In this document: positions 45,293-54,261 of the stretch, piece by piece
How the letters are laid out: every line of letters starts with the position of its first letter
How positions within the stretch are numbered: position 1 is the first letter of the stretch
Source: Acidobacteriaceae bacterium
GTDB taxonomy: Bacteria > Acidobacteriota > Terriglobia > Terriglobales > Acidobacteriaceae
Direction of reading: 5' to 3'
Length of the DNA stretch: 64,000 nucleotides
NCBI GenBank assembly: GCA_003131315.1
Contig: PKUV01000160.1
Span: 59,804-123,803 of the forward strand
Position numbers and translations under genes: made by a program
The notes under the pieces: model-generated
What the model saw: only the letters and a program-made list of their open reading frames with translations
The model's database searches: none
Told to the model about the DNA's origin: nothing

Positions 45293-45352
45293 TTGACATT
45301 TGATCTTGACAAGTGATAACAAGTTGAGCACAATTGTTTGGTTTGGCAAACA
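45293..45352 (+). promoter_or_regulatory. candidate promoter and operator of the second receptor operon
   Basis: TCTTGACA occurs twice (45291-45298 and 45304-45311). TTGACA (45306-45311) is followed by 17 nt, then CACAAT (45329-45334), then the palindrome TGTTTG-N6-CAAACA (45335-45352). Confidence 0.45.
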
Positions 45353-45371
45353 CTCAAGTGTAGGAGGGGAT

Positions 45372-48300
45372 ATGAAGACGATTCGGCAAACTCCGCGGTA
45401 CCAGGTGGTTCGGGCATTTCTGCCGAATGTAGCGCACGCCCCAGCCTCGTTGGCAATTGTGGTATGCCTCTTAATGATGACTGGTTATAGTAGCGCTCAG
45501 GCCACGGCTTCGGTGGAAGGGCTGGTCACCGACTCCACTGGCGCGGTACTGCCACATGCGGAAGTTAATGCCACCAGCCTTTCGATGGGTTTGGCGCGAA
45601 CTGGGGCTGCAGATGCGGATGGCTATTACCACATCGCGAGCTTGCCAGTCGGCACTTATGACATAACGGCCACATTGGCGGGGTTCAAGAAAACACTGTT
45701 GAATGGGGTAACCCTCACGGTAGGTCAGGCCGCGCGCATCAATATAACGATGCAGGTCGGTGATGTTCAGCAAGCGATCGAAGTGCAAGGCATTGCTCCC
45801 TTGGTGGATACCACTACCACGGAGGTGGGTGGAGTTGTGGAGAACAAGCAGATTATGTCCATGCCGCTCAATGGCCGGCACTTCCTGCAGTTGGGTCTGT
45901 TGATTCCCGGAGTGAGTGAACCACAGACCGGAAGCACGCAGGCCCAATGGGGGACCGCAGGCGGTAACATTGGCTTTTCCGTAGCTGGCCAACGCGACTC
46001 CTATAACAACTTCACGTTGGACGGTGTCAACGTTATGGACACCAATTACAATACGTTGACCGTGAGCCCATCAGTAGATGCGGTCCAAGAATTCAGGATC
46101 ATAGCTGATGGCTATTCTGCGAAGTACGGCATCGTGCCCGGCGCACAAGTTGACATTGTTACTCGCTCGGGCACAAATGGCTTCCATGGTTCCGCATACG
46201 AGTACTTCCGAAATTCAGTGCTGGACGCTAAGAACTATTTTGATGATCCCACCCGTTCCACTCCACCGTACAAGCAAAACCAGTTCGGCGGGACACTGGG
46301 TGGCCCCATCAAGAAAGATAGAGCTTTCTTTTTCCTTTCTTTAGAGGGACTGCGCATACGACAGTCTTTGACGCAAACAACTACGGTGCCTACGTTGGCG
46401 ATGCACAATGGGGACTTGTCGGGGATCAATCCTGGCACGGGGCAGCCCTTTCCGCAGATTACAGACGTCAACGGTGTCCCCTATCCCGACAATCAGGTTC
46501 CTTTGACTGCGATCAGCCCACTCGCGGCGGGGATTCTCGCGATGACGCCCCTCCCCAATATTCCTAACGCGGCACCCGGTCAGTCGAACTATCTCGCGGT
46601 GGCATCCCGTTACGATAACAGTACGGTTTATCAAGGCCGGATTGACTACCAACTCACACCAAAGAACCTAGCGTCTGTTCGCTATACACAGCAACAGGAC
46701 GATTCAAGTTCACCCTTCGTTCACCGCTTCTCTCCGGTGTTGCCTGGCTCAAACGGATTCGGCGATGTTGGGAACTCGATGGGTCATAACGTGGGCATCT
46801 CGGTAACCAGTGTTGTGACTCCTTCGCTGGTTAATACGTTTCGATTTGGATACAACGGTCTCCATGCGATTGTTGAATCACAGAACATAGACTCTGACTT
46901 CATTCAAAAGCTCGGATACACGCGATACGGGAATACACAAAATTACGGAATCCCGTACATCAGCATACCGGGACTTGGGGGCCTAGGAGATAGTGACACG
47001 CTGCAGCCTAACATCCGGCGCAATAATGGTTTCGAGCTACGTAACGACGTGAGCTGGACTCGGGGTAGATTCACCCATGATTTTGGGGCAGATTACTGGT
47101 TATATCATCTCGCAGGTGTCACCGACACGTTTTCGAATGGCCAATTCCAGTTTGGATCAGATACAGGCTTTGGACAGAACGCCACCGGCTCGGGCTTCTC
47201 AGATTTTCTGCTTGATCGTCCGCGCGTCAGCTTAATTCAGCTAGGAGTCGGTTATGGTTACTTTAGATACAAGTACTTTGGCACGTACTACGCTGGCCAA
47301 TTCCGGGCTACTCCACATTTAACAGTGAATTTTGGACTGCGTTGGGAGTTCTCTACGAGTCCGACTCCCATCAACGGGACCGTGATGTCGGTGCTGGACA
47401 TGGCTGCCGGGGCGATTGTGCTCGGTTCTCAGTCGGGACAGATGCCCTCATTATCCGATCCCCTCACGCAGTACTTTATTAACAATTTCGGTACGACTTT
47501 CAAGACTAACCGCCAGCTGGGCCTACCTGCTTCTATTAATCCGACCCACTATCTCAATCTCGCGCCGCGGTTTGGGTTTACGTGGGATGCTCTGGGAGAC
47601 TCCCGTCTCGTGGTCCGCAGTTCCGCGGGTCTGTTCAACAGCTTTCAGGAACGTGGATACAGCGTAGAGTCCGGGGTTCTGGGGCCTCCGTTTGCTCCCA
47701 CGATTGCGACTTTTCAAGATTCGCTCTACTTTCCCACTACACCAAATACCTATGAGACCACCTATGCTTTCGGTGGGCCTTCCGACCGGACTTCGGATAA
47801 TGGAGGACCGTCGACCGCGGGGGTTCCGCCGGGAGTTCGTCCCGGCTATGTCGAAGAGTGGACTCTAAGCCTGCAGTCGCAGGTGAGAAAGAATACAGTC
47901 GCAGAACTTTCCTACGCTGGAAACCATGGCGTACACTTGAACGGTTTCTATCTCGCCGATCAGAATTTCCCCAATACACCGGAGGCGCGAGGCGGTTTCC
48001 CTCCCAACACTCGGTTCGGCGAATCTTTTCAGGAGCACAGCGCGGGGATGTCCTGGTATCATGGGTTATCGGGGCGAATTCAGCAGCGGGTGCAGCAGGG
48101 GTTGACGTTCACTGTGGGCTATACGTGGGCAAGATCTGAAGATACCGTATCCACCTTTACGGGAGGACCTACTGACTCTCCTGTTCCTCAAAACTCGTAC
48201 GATCTGGCTGGAAATAAGGGGTTATCTAATTTTGACCGTCGCAATCGCTTTATTGTGAACTACCTTTGGGACTTGCCATTTGGGCACGGCAAGAAATTCC

Positions 48301-48800
48301 TGAACCAAACGGGAGTGGCTGACGCGATTCTAGGGGGCTGGCAGTGGGGCGGGCTGGCCACTATTGAATCTGGAACTCCATTCACAGTGCAATTGACAGG
48401 CAATGTAAGCGGGATTGCGAGTTCCAGCGCAGATCGCCCGAATTGCGTGGCGGATCCAAACGTGGGCGCTCCTCAGACGGTGGAAGAGTGGTTTAATGTA
48501 GATGCTTTTGCGCCGAATACTAAGATTGTTCCACCGACTGGCTCCCCTTACAAACTCCTGGGAAACTGCGGGCGAAACATTGTGCAAGGCCCTCCCGTTC
48601 GTAATTACGACATGACTCTCGCTAAGGTGTTCAGTCTCACAGAGCGCGCACACCTGGAGTTCCGGACAGACTTCTTCGACGTCTTGAACCATCCGAACTT
48701 TAATACACCGAATCGTTATTTCGGGACTGCGACGTTTGGACAAATCACTTCGGCGCAGCTCCCACGATTAATCCAATTTGGATTGCGTCTTTCATTTTAA
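45372..48800 (+). CDS. TonB-dependent receptor with a carboxypeptidase-regulatory-like domain (second copy)
   Basis: AGGAGGGG lies before the ATG at 45372. It has a signal peptide, GLVTDSTGAVLPHAEVNATS...DGYYHIASLPVGTYDI, and a C-terminal ...FGLRLSF. Confidence 0.9.
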   Translation: MKTIRQTPRYQVVRAFLPNVAHAPASLAIVVCLLMMTGYSSAQATASVEGLVTDSTGAVLPHAEVNATSLSMGLARTGAADADGYYHIASLPVGTYDITATLAGFKKTLLNGVTLTVGQAARINITMQVGDVQQAIEVQGIAPLVDTTTTEVGGVVENKQIMSMPLNGRHFLQLGLLIPGVSEPQTGSTQAQWGTAGGNIGFSVAGQRDSYNNFTLDGVNVMDTNYNTLTVSPSVDAVQEFRIIADGYSAKYGIVPGAQVDIVTRSGTNGFHGSAYEYFRNSVLDAKNYFDDPTRSTPPYKQNQFGGTLGGPIKKDRAFFFLSLEGLRIRQSLTQTTTVPTLAMHNGDLSGINPGTGQPFPQITDVNGVPYPDNQVPLTAISPLAAGILAMTPLPNIPNAAPGQSNYLAVASRYDNSTVYQGRIDYQLTPKNLASVRYTQQQDDSSSPFVHRFSPVLPGSNGFGDVGNSMGHNVGISVTSVVTPSLVNTFRFGYNGLHAIVESQNIDSDFIQKLGYTRYGNTQNYGIPYISIPGLGGLGDSDTLQPNIRRNNGFELRNDVSWTRGRFTHDFGADYWLYHLAGVTDTFSNGQFQFGSDTGFGQNATGSGFSDFLLDRPRVSLIQLGVGYGYFRYKYFGTYYAGQFRATPHLTVNFGLRWEFSTSPTPINGTVMSVLDMAAGAIVLGSQSGQMPSLSDPLTQYFINNFGTTFKTNRQLGLPASINPTHYLNLAPRFGFTWDALGDSRLVVRSSAGLFNSFQERGYSVESGVLGPPFAPTIATFQDSLYFPTTPNTYETTYAFGGPSDRTSDNGGPSTAGVPPGVRPGYVEEWTLSLQSQVRKNTVAELSYAGNHGVHLNGFYLADQNFPNTPEARGGFPPNTRFGESFQEHSAGMSWYHGLSGRIQQRVQQGLTFTVGYTWARSEDTVSTFTGGPTDSPVPQNSYDLAGNKGLSNFDRRNRFIVNYLWDLPFGHGKKFLNQTGVADAILGGWQWGGLATIESGTPFTVQLTGNVSGIASSSADRPNCVADPNVGAPQTVEEWFNVDAFAPNTKIVPPTGSPYKLLGNCGRNIVQGPPVRNYDMTLAKVFSLTERAHLEFRTDFFDVLNHPNFNTPNRYFGTATFGQITSAQLPRLIQFGLRLSF

Positions 48801-48804
48801 CAAA

Positions 48805-50118
48805 ATGGCATACCGGCCAACTCGAAGGCAGCTGCTAGGCGCCTTATCCGCGGGTGGACTGATGTGGGGGACGGTCAGAAACATTGTGGGAATGCCCATT
48901 TCGGCCGCACCGCTAACGTCGGAGCCATCCGCGCCGCCGAGTGGGAGCTCTGCTTTTCCGACTCCACCTATCTCCGTTGCCGCATTTACTAAACGAATTG
49001 CCAGAATTCGCGAGCAGATGCGAGCAGATAAGTTAGATTGCTTGCTTGTTTCCTCGGTCCTGAACCATGCGGTTCGATATTTGGGTTTTTTTGACCCGGA
49101 ACTGCAGGGCCGCGGGTCCGGTTCGTCCCAGCTGGTCTCCGTTCTCCTGCCGATCGAGGGCGATCCGGTACTGTTTCTGCAGACTTTTACGGCCGCGGGG
49201 TATATGCGTCCGCGAGCCGAGGCATCGAGCCATATAAAGGATATAAGGCTGGTGGGGGGTGATAACCAGCAGGTGCTTCAGTTAGTAGTGGATCAGATAC
49301 ACTCCTGGAAGTTGGACGGCGGCCGGCTTGGCTTGGCCGGTGGAGAGATTGACTGGGCTGAGCGGTTATTCTTTGCGCAGTTTTTGCCGCGGGTCAACCT
49401 GGTTGACGCTAACGCGATGCTGAGTCTCTTGCGCATAGTCAAGGATGCGGAAGAGATTGAATTGATGAGACATTCCGCCGCCATCGGCGATACGGCCATG
49501 GCTGAAGTTGAAAGAAGTATCGCGCCGGGTGTGACGGATTTCGAACTCTATGCGCGAGGTCAAGCCAGTATGCTGTCGGCGGGAGGCGAAGAGGATACTT
49601 TTGTCCTAATGGGCATCGGACCGAATCAAAATACTATGCTCATGGAACTGCTGAACGGACGGAGGCTCAGCAGAGGCAATGTGGTAGTTTACGAAACATT
49701 GCCATTTTACCGTTTGTATAACACGGAACTGGCGGTCACATTCTCATTAGGACCTGCCTCTGCAATGCAAAAGCGAGCGGCAGATGCTTGTCAGGCGGCC
49801 TACGAGGCCGGCGTGGCCGAAGCCAGGCCAGGAGTTCCGGCCTCCAAGGTCGTGGATGCTTCGTTAGCGGTATTCCAAGCCCACGGCTTTGATTCTTTCA
49901 CGCATACACCAGGTCACTTCATAGGTCTGGATAACTACGAAGGGCCATCTTTGCGCTCACGCGATATCGTTCTTGAGACCGGTATGATCTTCAGCTTTCA
50001 CCCGAACGTCGTGATTCCAGAGCAGGTTAAGGAAGAAATCTGCGGGATTCTGCTGGTGACGGACAAAGGAGTGGAGAATCTTTCGAAGTATCCACCCCGG
50101 GGTATGCGGGTCGTGTAG
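48805..50118 (+). CDS. M24-family (creatinase/prolidase fold) protein with a Tat signal, paralog A
   Basis: It has [19 protein letters not shown], a creatinase/prolidase-type N-domain and a pita-bread C-domain. By eye the metal positions read E,E,H,(Y)E,H,L rather than D,D,H,E,E. Confidence 0.75.
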   Translation: MAYRPTRRQLLGALSAGGLMWGTVRNIVGMPISAAPLTSEPSAPPSGSSAFPTPPISVAAFTKRIARIREQMRADKLDCLLVSSVLNHAVRYLGFFDPELQGRGSGSSQLVSVLLPIEGDPVLFLQTFTAAGYMRPRAEASSHIKDIRLVGGDNQQVLQLVVDQIHSWKLDGGRLGLAGGEIDWAERLFFAQFLPRVNLVDANAMLSLLRIVKDAEEIELMRHSAAIGDTAMAEVERSIAPGVTDFELYARGQASMLSAGGEEDTFVLMGIGPNQNTMLMELLNGRRLSRGNVVVYETLPFYRLYNTELAVTFSLGPASAMQKRAADACQAAYEAGVAEARPGVPASKVVDASLAVFQAHGFDSFTHTPGHFIGLDNYEGPSLRSRDIVLETGMIFSFHPNVVIPEQVKEEICGILLVTDKGVENLSKYPPRGMRVV

Positions 50119-50134
50119 TTAAGGGGAGATTGGG

Positions 50135-51493
50135 GTGCATGACTGGGACCTGAATCGTCGCGAGCTCCTGAAGCTTGCTGCTCTAGCAGCCGGCGGGGCA
50201 GTTTCGCTTCATCCCGATGCCTTGGGGCAAAACCAAGATCCTTCCGCTAAAGGCTCTGGAGCACAAAGCGAGGAAGGTCGTGGCAAAGCTAAGAGTGCTG
50301 TTTCCCTGCATCCGTCAGTCGAAATGGCGACCTTGTATTCGAAGGAATATGGACGCCGGCGCATCCAGAAAATTCAGGCCGCTGTAAGACAGGCCAATCT
50401 CGACGCTCTGATCGTAACCAATCGCGGACTAGATTACATCGGGTACGTGAGCAATTTCCATCCTTATCCCCTGGAACCAGGGATGGCTCTCGTGTTAGCT
50501 GACGGGCCATCGACTCTGTTCGTGAACACATACAGCAGTGCCCATACCCGCGCCCTCATTCCGATTGTTTGGACGGACGAATTGGTGGATGTTCCGCGTG
50601 ATTCGGTGTCGGAAGGTAGCAATCAGAATCTGGTAGACGCATGTATTCAGAAATTGCAGGACCGGAAACTGCAGCGAGGCAGGATCGGACTGGCGGGCGA
50701 TGAGATTGATTGGCTTCTTCCGTTTTACTTTCGAAATCGCCTGCCGGACGCGAAGGCAGAGGATGCGAATCGCACTCTGACGCAAGTCATTGTAGTAAAA
50801 GATGAAGTCGAATTGGCGCTCATCCGGTTTGCGCAGGGACTTATCGACGAAGTCGCCTATCCGGTTTTTCGAGAGGTTCTGCGTCCCGGGGCGATGGATC
50901 AAGCGGTATACGCACGGGTGCTGGCCAGCATGCTGGAGCGGGGCGCGAACCCGGCCACGGTCCTGCTCTTCGATGCTGGCCCCGCGGGTTCGGGCACATG
51001 GGCCAGCGGAACGCGTGGACGCCGGCTGGAAAAGGGCGACATCATCCTCTCTGAACCTACCCCGAATATCGCCGGGTATCAATCCGAAAAAATGTACACA
51101 TTTGCGCTTGGCCGCGAAATACCAGAGTCGCAAAAACACGGATCAGAAGTCATCTACGAAGCCTACCAATTGCTGATGAGCGAATTGAAAGTGGGTCAGG
51201 AATTGACGCCGATCGTCCAGAGAGTCGAGGCGTTTATTCGGAGCCATGGATACGATGGCTCAACGGTCCCGGTCGGGCATTGGATCGGGACTCAGAACCA
51301 TGAAGGGCCGCGTTTCACCGTAGAAGGAACGCGCGGCTGGGTGTTGCAGAAAGATATGGTCATGAGTTGGCACCCCAATATCGTGGTACCGGGCAAGGTG
51401 CGTACAACGTGCTCAACTTGTGTCCTGCTCACTGAGAAGGGGGCGGAGGATCTGTCCACGATTAAGATGGAGCCGATCTATTATCTGGAATAG
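50135..51493 (+). CDS. M24-family protein with a Tat signal, paralog B
   Basis: VHDWDLNRRELLKLAALAAGGA, GDIILSE, GYQSE, VGHWIG, NHEGP, SWHPN and VLLTEKG. Confidence 0.75.
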   Translation: MHDWDLNRRELLKLAALAAGGAVSLHPDALGQNQDPSAKGSGAQSEEGRGKAKSAVSLHPSVEMATLYSKEYGRRRIQKIQAAVRQANLDALIVTNRGLDYIGYVSNFHPYPLEPGMALVLADGPSTLFVNTYSSAHTRALIPIVWTDELVDVPRDSVSEGSNQNLVDACIQKLQDRKLQRGRIGLAGDEIDWLLPFYFRNRLPDAKAEDANRTLTQVIVVKDEVELALIRFAQGLIDEVAYPVFREVLRPGAMDQAVYARVLASMLERGANPATVLLFDAGPAGSGTWASGTRGRRLEKGDIILSEPTPNIAGYQSEKMYTFALGREIPESQKHGSEVIYEAYQLLMSELKVGQELTPIVQRVEAFIRSHGYDGSTVPVGHWIGTQNHEGPRFTVEGTRGWVLQKDMVMSWHPNIVVPGKVRTTCSTCVLLTEKGAEDLSTIKMEPIYYLE

Positions 51494-51501
51494 CGGGCTG
51501 G

Positions 51502-52488
51502 ATGCCTCTCACCATGATTCGAAAAATGCTACTGCAGTTGTTGTTTCTCTCGGGCCTGTGCGTAGTTAGCCAGAGCCAGCAATCCCAGCCGATCATTGAT
51601 GTGCATGTGCACGCCTATCCCGCGGATTGGGTGAGGAATGTGCTGGGACCGCTCGCGACGGAAAGCGATAAGCTGCCTGATCCTCCGAATCCCATCACCG
51701 GCACGCGTTCCGGGGCCATCACCAACGAGCAACTGCGTAACGCGATGTTGGCGGCAATGAGGCGTTACAACATAGTTAAAGCCGTTGCGAGCGGTCCACT
51801 CGATATCGTCTCACAGTGGAAGACTGCGGATCCTGATCGGATCATCGGCTCCCCTTTATTTCCCATTCCTAAGATGGCGCCCTATCCGACGATTGAGGAG
51901 CTTCGCCAGGGCTACACATCCGGGCGCCTCGGCGCATTAGGCGAGGTTACGGCGATCTACGACGGGCTATCCCCCAGCGACCCCAAGATGGACGGGTACT
52001 ACACTTTGGCTGAGGAGATGGACATCCCTGTCGGAATCCATACGGGGATTGGAATCCCGGAGGCTTCGTATAGCTGCTGCCCAGGTTTTCGAATCGGCTT
52101 AGCTAACCCGCTGAATCTGGAAGAACTGCTGGTCCGGCATCCGCGATTACGGGTTTACGTCATGCACGCCGGGTATCCCTATCTGGACGCAACGCTGGCA
52201 CTGATGAACGCCTACCCGAAGATCTACGCCGACCTGGCAGCCATTGATTGGCTTCTTCCCCGGGATGAGTTTCAGCAATATTGTTCGAGGCTCATCCAAG
52301 CGGGCATGGGGAAGCGCTTGATGTTTGGGACGGACGAAATCGTCTGGCCCGATGCCTTCGGAGTTGCAATCGATAACATTAACTCCATGAGCGCTCTCAC
52401 TCCCGAGGAAAAGGCCGACATTTTTTATAACAATGCAGCACGTTTCTTCCATCTGGACCGCGCCAAACCCCAGTCGTCCAGGAGGTAA
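51502..52488 (+). CDS. exported Amidohydro_2 protein
   Basis: It has a signal peptide and the motifs IIDVHVHAYP (HxH present), VMHAGYPYLD and FGTDE. Confidence 0.8.
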   Translation: MPLTMIRKMLLQLLFLSGLCVVSQSQQSQPIIDVHVHAYPADWVRNVLGPLATESDKLPDPPNPITGTRSGAITNEQLRNAMLAAMRRYNIVKAVASGPLDIVSQWKTADPDRIIGSPLFPIPKMAPYPTIEELRQGYTSGRLGALGEVTAIYDGLSPSDPKMDGYYTLAEEMDIPVGIHTGIGIPEASYSCCPGFRIGLANPLNLEELLVRHPRLRVYVMHAGYPYLDATLALMNAYPKIYADLAAIDWLLPRDEFQQYCSRLIQAGMGKRLMFGTDEIVWPDAFGVAIDNINSMSALTPEEKADIFYNNAARFFHLDRAKPQSSRR

Positions 52489-52492
52489 TCAA

Positions 52493-52939
52493 TTGCCCGC
52501 ACGCCGGATAGCCACAAAGAAACGCAGATCATCTACAATTGCTCTGCAAGATCGCGCCTCAGCCTTTTTTGGAGTCCTCGCGAAGGATGCAGATGGACGC
52601 CGGCTGTTGGCGGAGCAAAACCATCGTATCGAATTTGATCTCACCGATGATGATCCGTTCTGCGTGCAAATAAAGAACGGGCGCGTTGGAACGAGGGCGA
52701 GCGTCACCGAACCGCAGCGTTACGATGTCAACGATCTCATACATTTTCAGCTCTCCGAGGTGACATTGGCGCGACTGTTCGACGGTAAGATCCGATTCAC
52801 CGACGCGCTGATTCCGATTCGGCAGGACGGCAGTGATGCCATGCTTCTGTTGGAATGCACCTTGTTCAAATGGAGTGTCCTGAGCTGGGTAGGCCGTCTT
52901 TTTCGGGGCGCTCAGCTCCGAATTGGTGGGCAGGCATGA
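52493..52939 (+). CDS. SCP2/sterol-carrier-like small protein
   Basis: IEFDLTDDDPFCVQIKNGRV...DVNDLIHFQLSEVTLARLFDGKIRFTDALI resembles the SCP2 fold pattern. The TTG at 52493 has AGGAGG 8 nt upstream. There is an ATGA overlap with the next gene. Confidence 0.5.
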   Translation: MPARRIATKKRRSSTIALQDRASAFFGVLAKDADGRRLLAEQNHRIEFDLTDDDPFCVQIKNGRVGTRASVTEPQRYDVNDLIHFQLSEVTLARLFDGKIRFTDALIPIRQDGSDAMLLLECTLFKWSVLSWVGRLFRGAQLRIGGQA

Positions 52940-54060
52940 GTACATTTCAAGCAGGGCTAACCAGGAGAAACCTGTTGCTGCTCGGTGCGCTTGCGTATCC
53001 CGGTAAGGTTCTCATGAACTGGAATTCTGATCGTAAAGCGGCCTCGTCCATGAATATCGATATCTATACGCATTTCTTCCCCCCCGCGTACGCAAGAGAA
53101 ATTACCCGGCGCGCAACACGCACCCACCCGGACGTCCCCAATATCGAAATGCTGATGCGCTTGTTTCCTAATTTGTGCGAGTTCGAAACACGTCTAGCGC
53201 ATATGGATCGATATGAAACGTCGCTCCAGGTATTGACTCCTCTTCCGATCCCGGCAGACCTGTTCGTCGGTGATTCGTCGGCCGCCGCGGCTTTGGTTCG
53301 GGTTGCCAATGATGCGATGGCCGAGGCGATCGCGAAGCGGCAGGATCGTTTTGCCGGTGTGGCATTGTTGTGTTTCTTGAACCCGGAGGAAGCTGCGAAC
53401 GAGTTGGAACGGGCAGTAAAGCACCTTGGACTGAAAGGGGCGATGCTCTTTACCAACATTGCCGGCCGACCCGTCGACATGCCTCAACTCTTTCCAGTCT
53501 ACGAGAGAGCGCAGGGCCTGGACGTGCCCCTCTGGATCCATCCGATTTCGTGGAATTATTATGATTGGGTCCGTGACTACTTAATTTGGCAGGTCTTTGG
53601 CTGGCCGATGGACACGACTTTGGCAATGGCTCGTCTGGTTTATGGCGGAGTACTGGAGAAATTCCCCAAGTTGAAATTCATTACTCACCATGCAGGTGGC
53701 ACCACGCCGTATCTCATTGGGCGGGTGATCGACACCTATGATCAAAATGAGGAATTGACGCGGCTCTCGGAATCTGGTCCGAGTGCCCCTCGGCCGGCAG
53801 CAAAGAAGCCTATTGATTACTATCGAATGTTTTATGGCGACACCGCTCTTTCGGGAATTGCTACCGCGATGGGCTGCGCTTATGAGATGTTCGGATCGGA
53901 GCACATGGTGTTTGGCTCTGATTACCCGTTTGGACCAGATAGCGGACAGCGCTTTATCCATTCGAACCTGGCGGCGATTGACACCCTGAAGCTGCCGGGC
54001 CGCGATCAAAGAAGGATCCTGGTCGAAAATGCTCGGTCCCTGCTCAGAATGAAGGCTTGA
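52936..54060 (+). CDS. Amidohydro_2 protein with a Tat-like signal
   Basis: MSTFQAGLTRRNLLLLGAL, NIDIYTHFFP, FITHHAGG and VFGSDYPF. Confidence 0.8.
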   Translation: MSTFQAGLTRRNLLLLGALAYPGKVLMNWNSDRKAASSMNIDIYTHFFPPAYAREITRRATRTHPDVPNIEMLMRLFPNLCEFETRLAHMDRYETSLQVLTPLPIPADLFVGDSSAAAALVRVANDAMAEAIAKRQDRFAGVALLCFLNPEEAANELERAVKHLGLKGAMLFTNIAGRPVDMPQLFPVYERAQGLDVPLWIHPISWNYYDWVRDYLIWQVFGWPMDTTLAMARLVYGGVLEKFPKLKFITHHAGGTTPYLIGRVIDTYDQNEELTRLSESGPSAPRPAAKKPIDYYRMFYGDTALSGIATAMGCAYEMFGSEHMVFGSDYPFGPDSGQRFIHSNLAAIDTLKLPGRDQRRILVENARSLLRMKA

Positions 54061-54261
54061 AGCCTAGGAAAAACAAAACTCCATTTCAAAGGGACGGGTG
54101 GGATGGGGTTGTCGCAGTAACGTGAATCGCCAAAGGGCCAAACGAGCTTGTTCATATCGCCCAATTCGACAATTGCAGTAGCTAATTTTCGACTGGGCAG
54201 AGTGCAGCCATAGCCCTCTTCTGGTCTTTAGAATCAGAGAGAGTTTGAAAAGGAGATGTCC

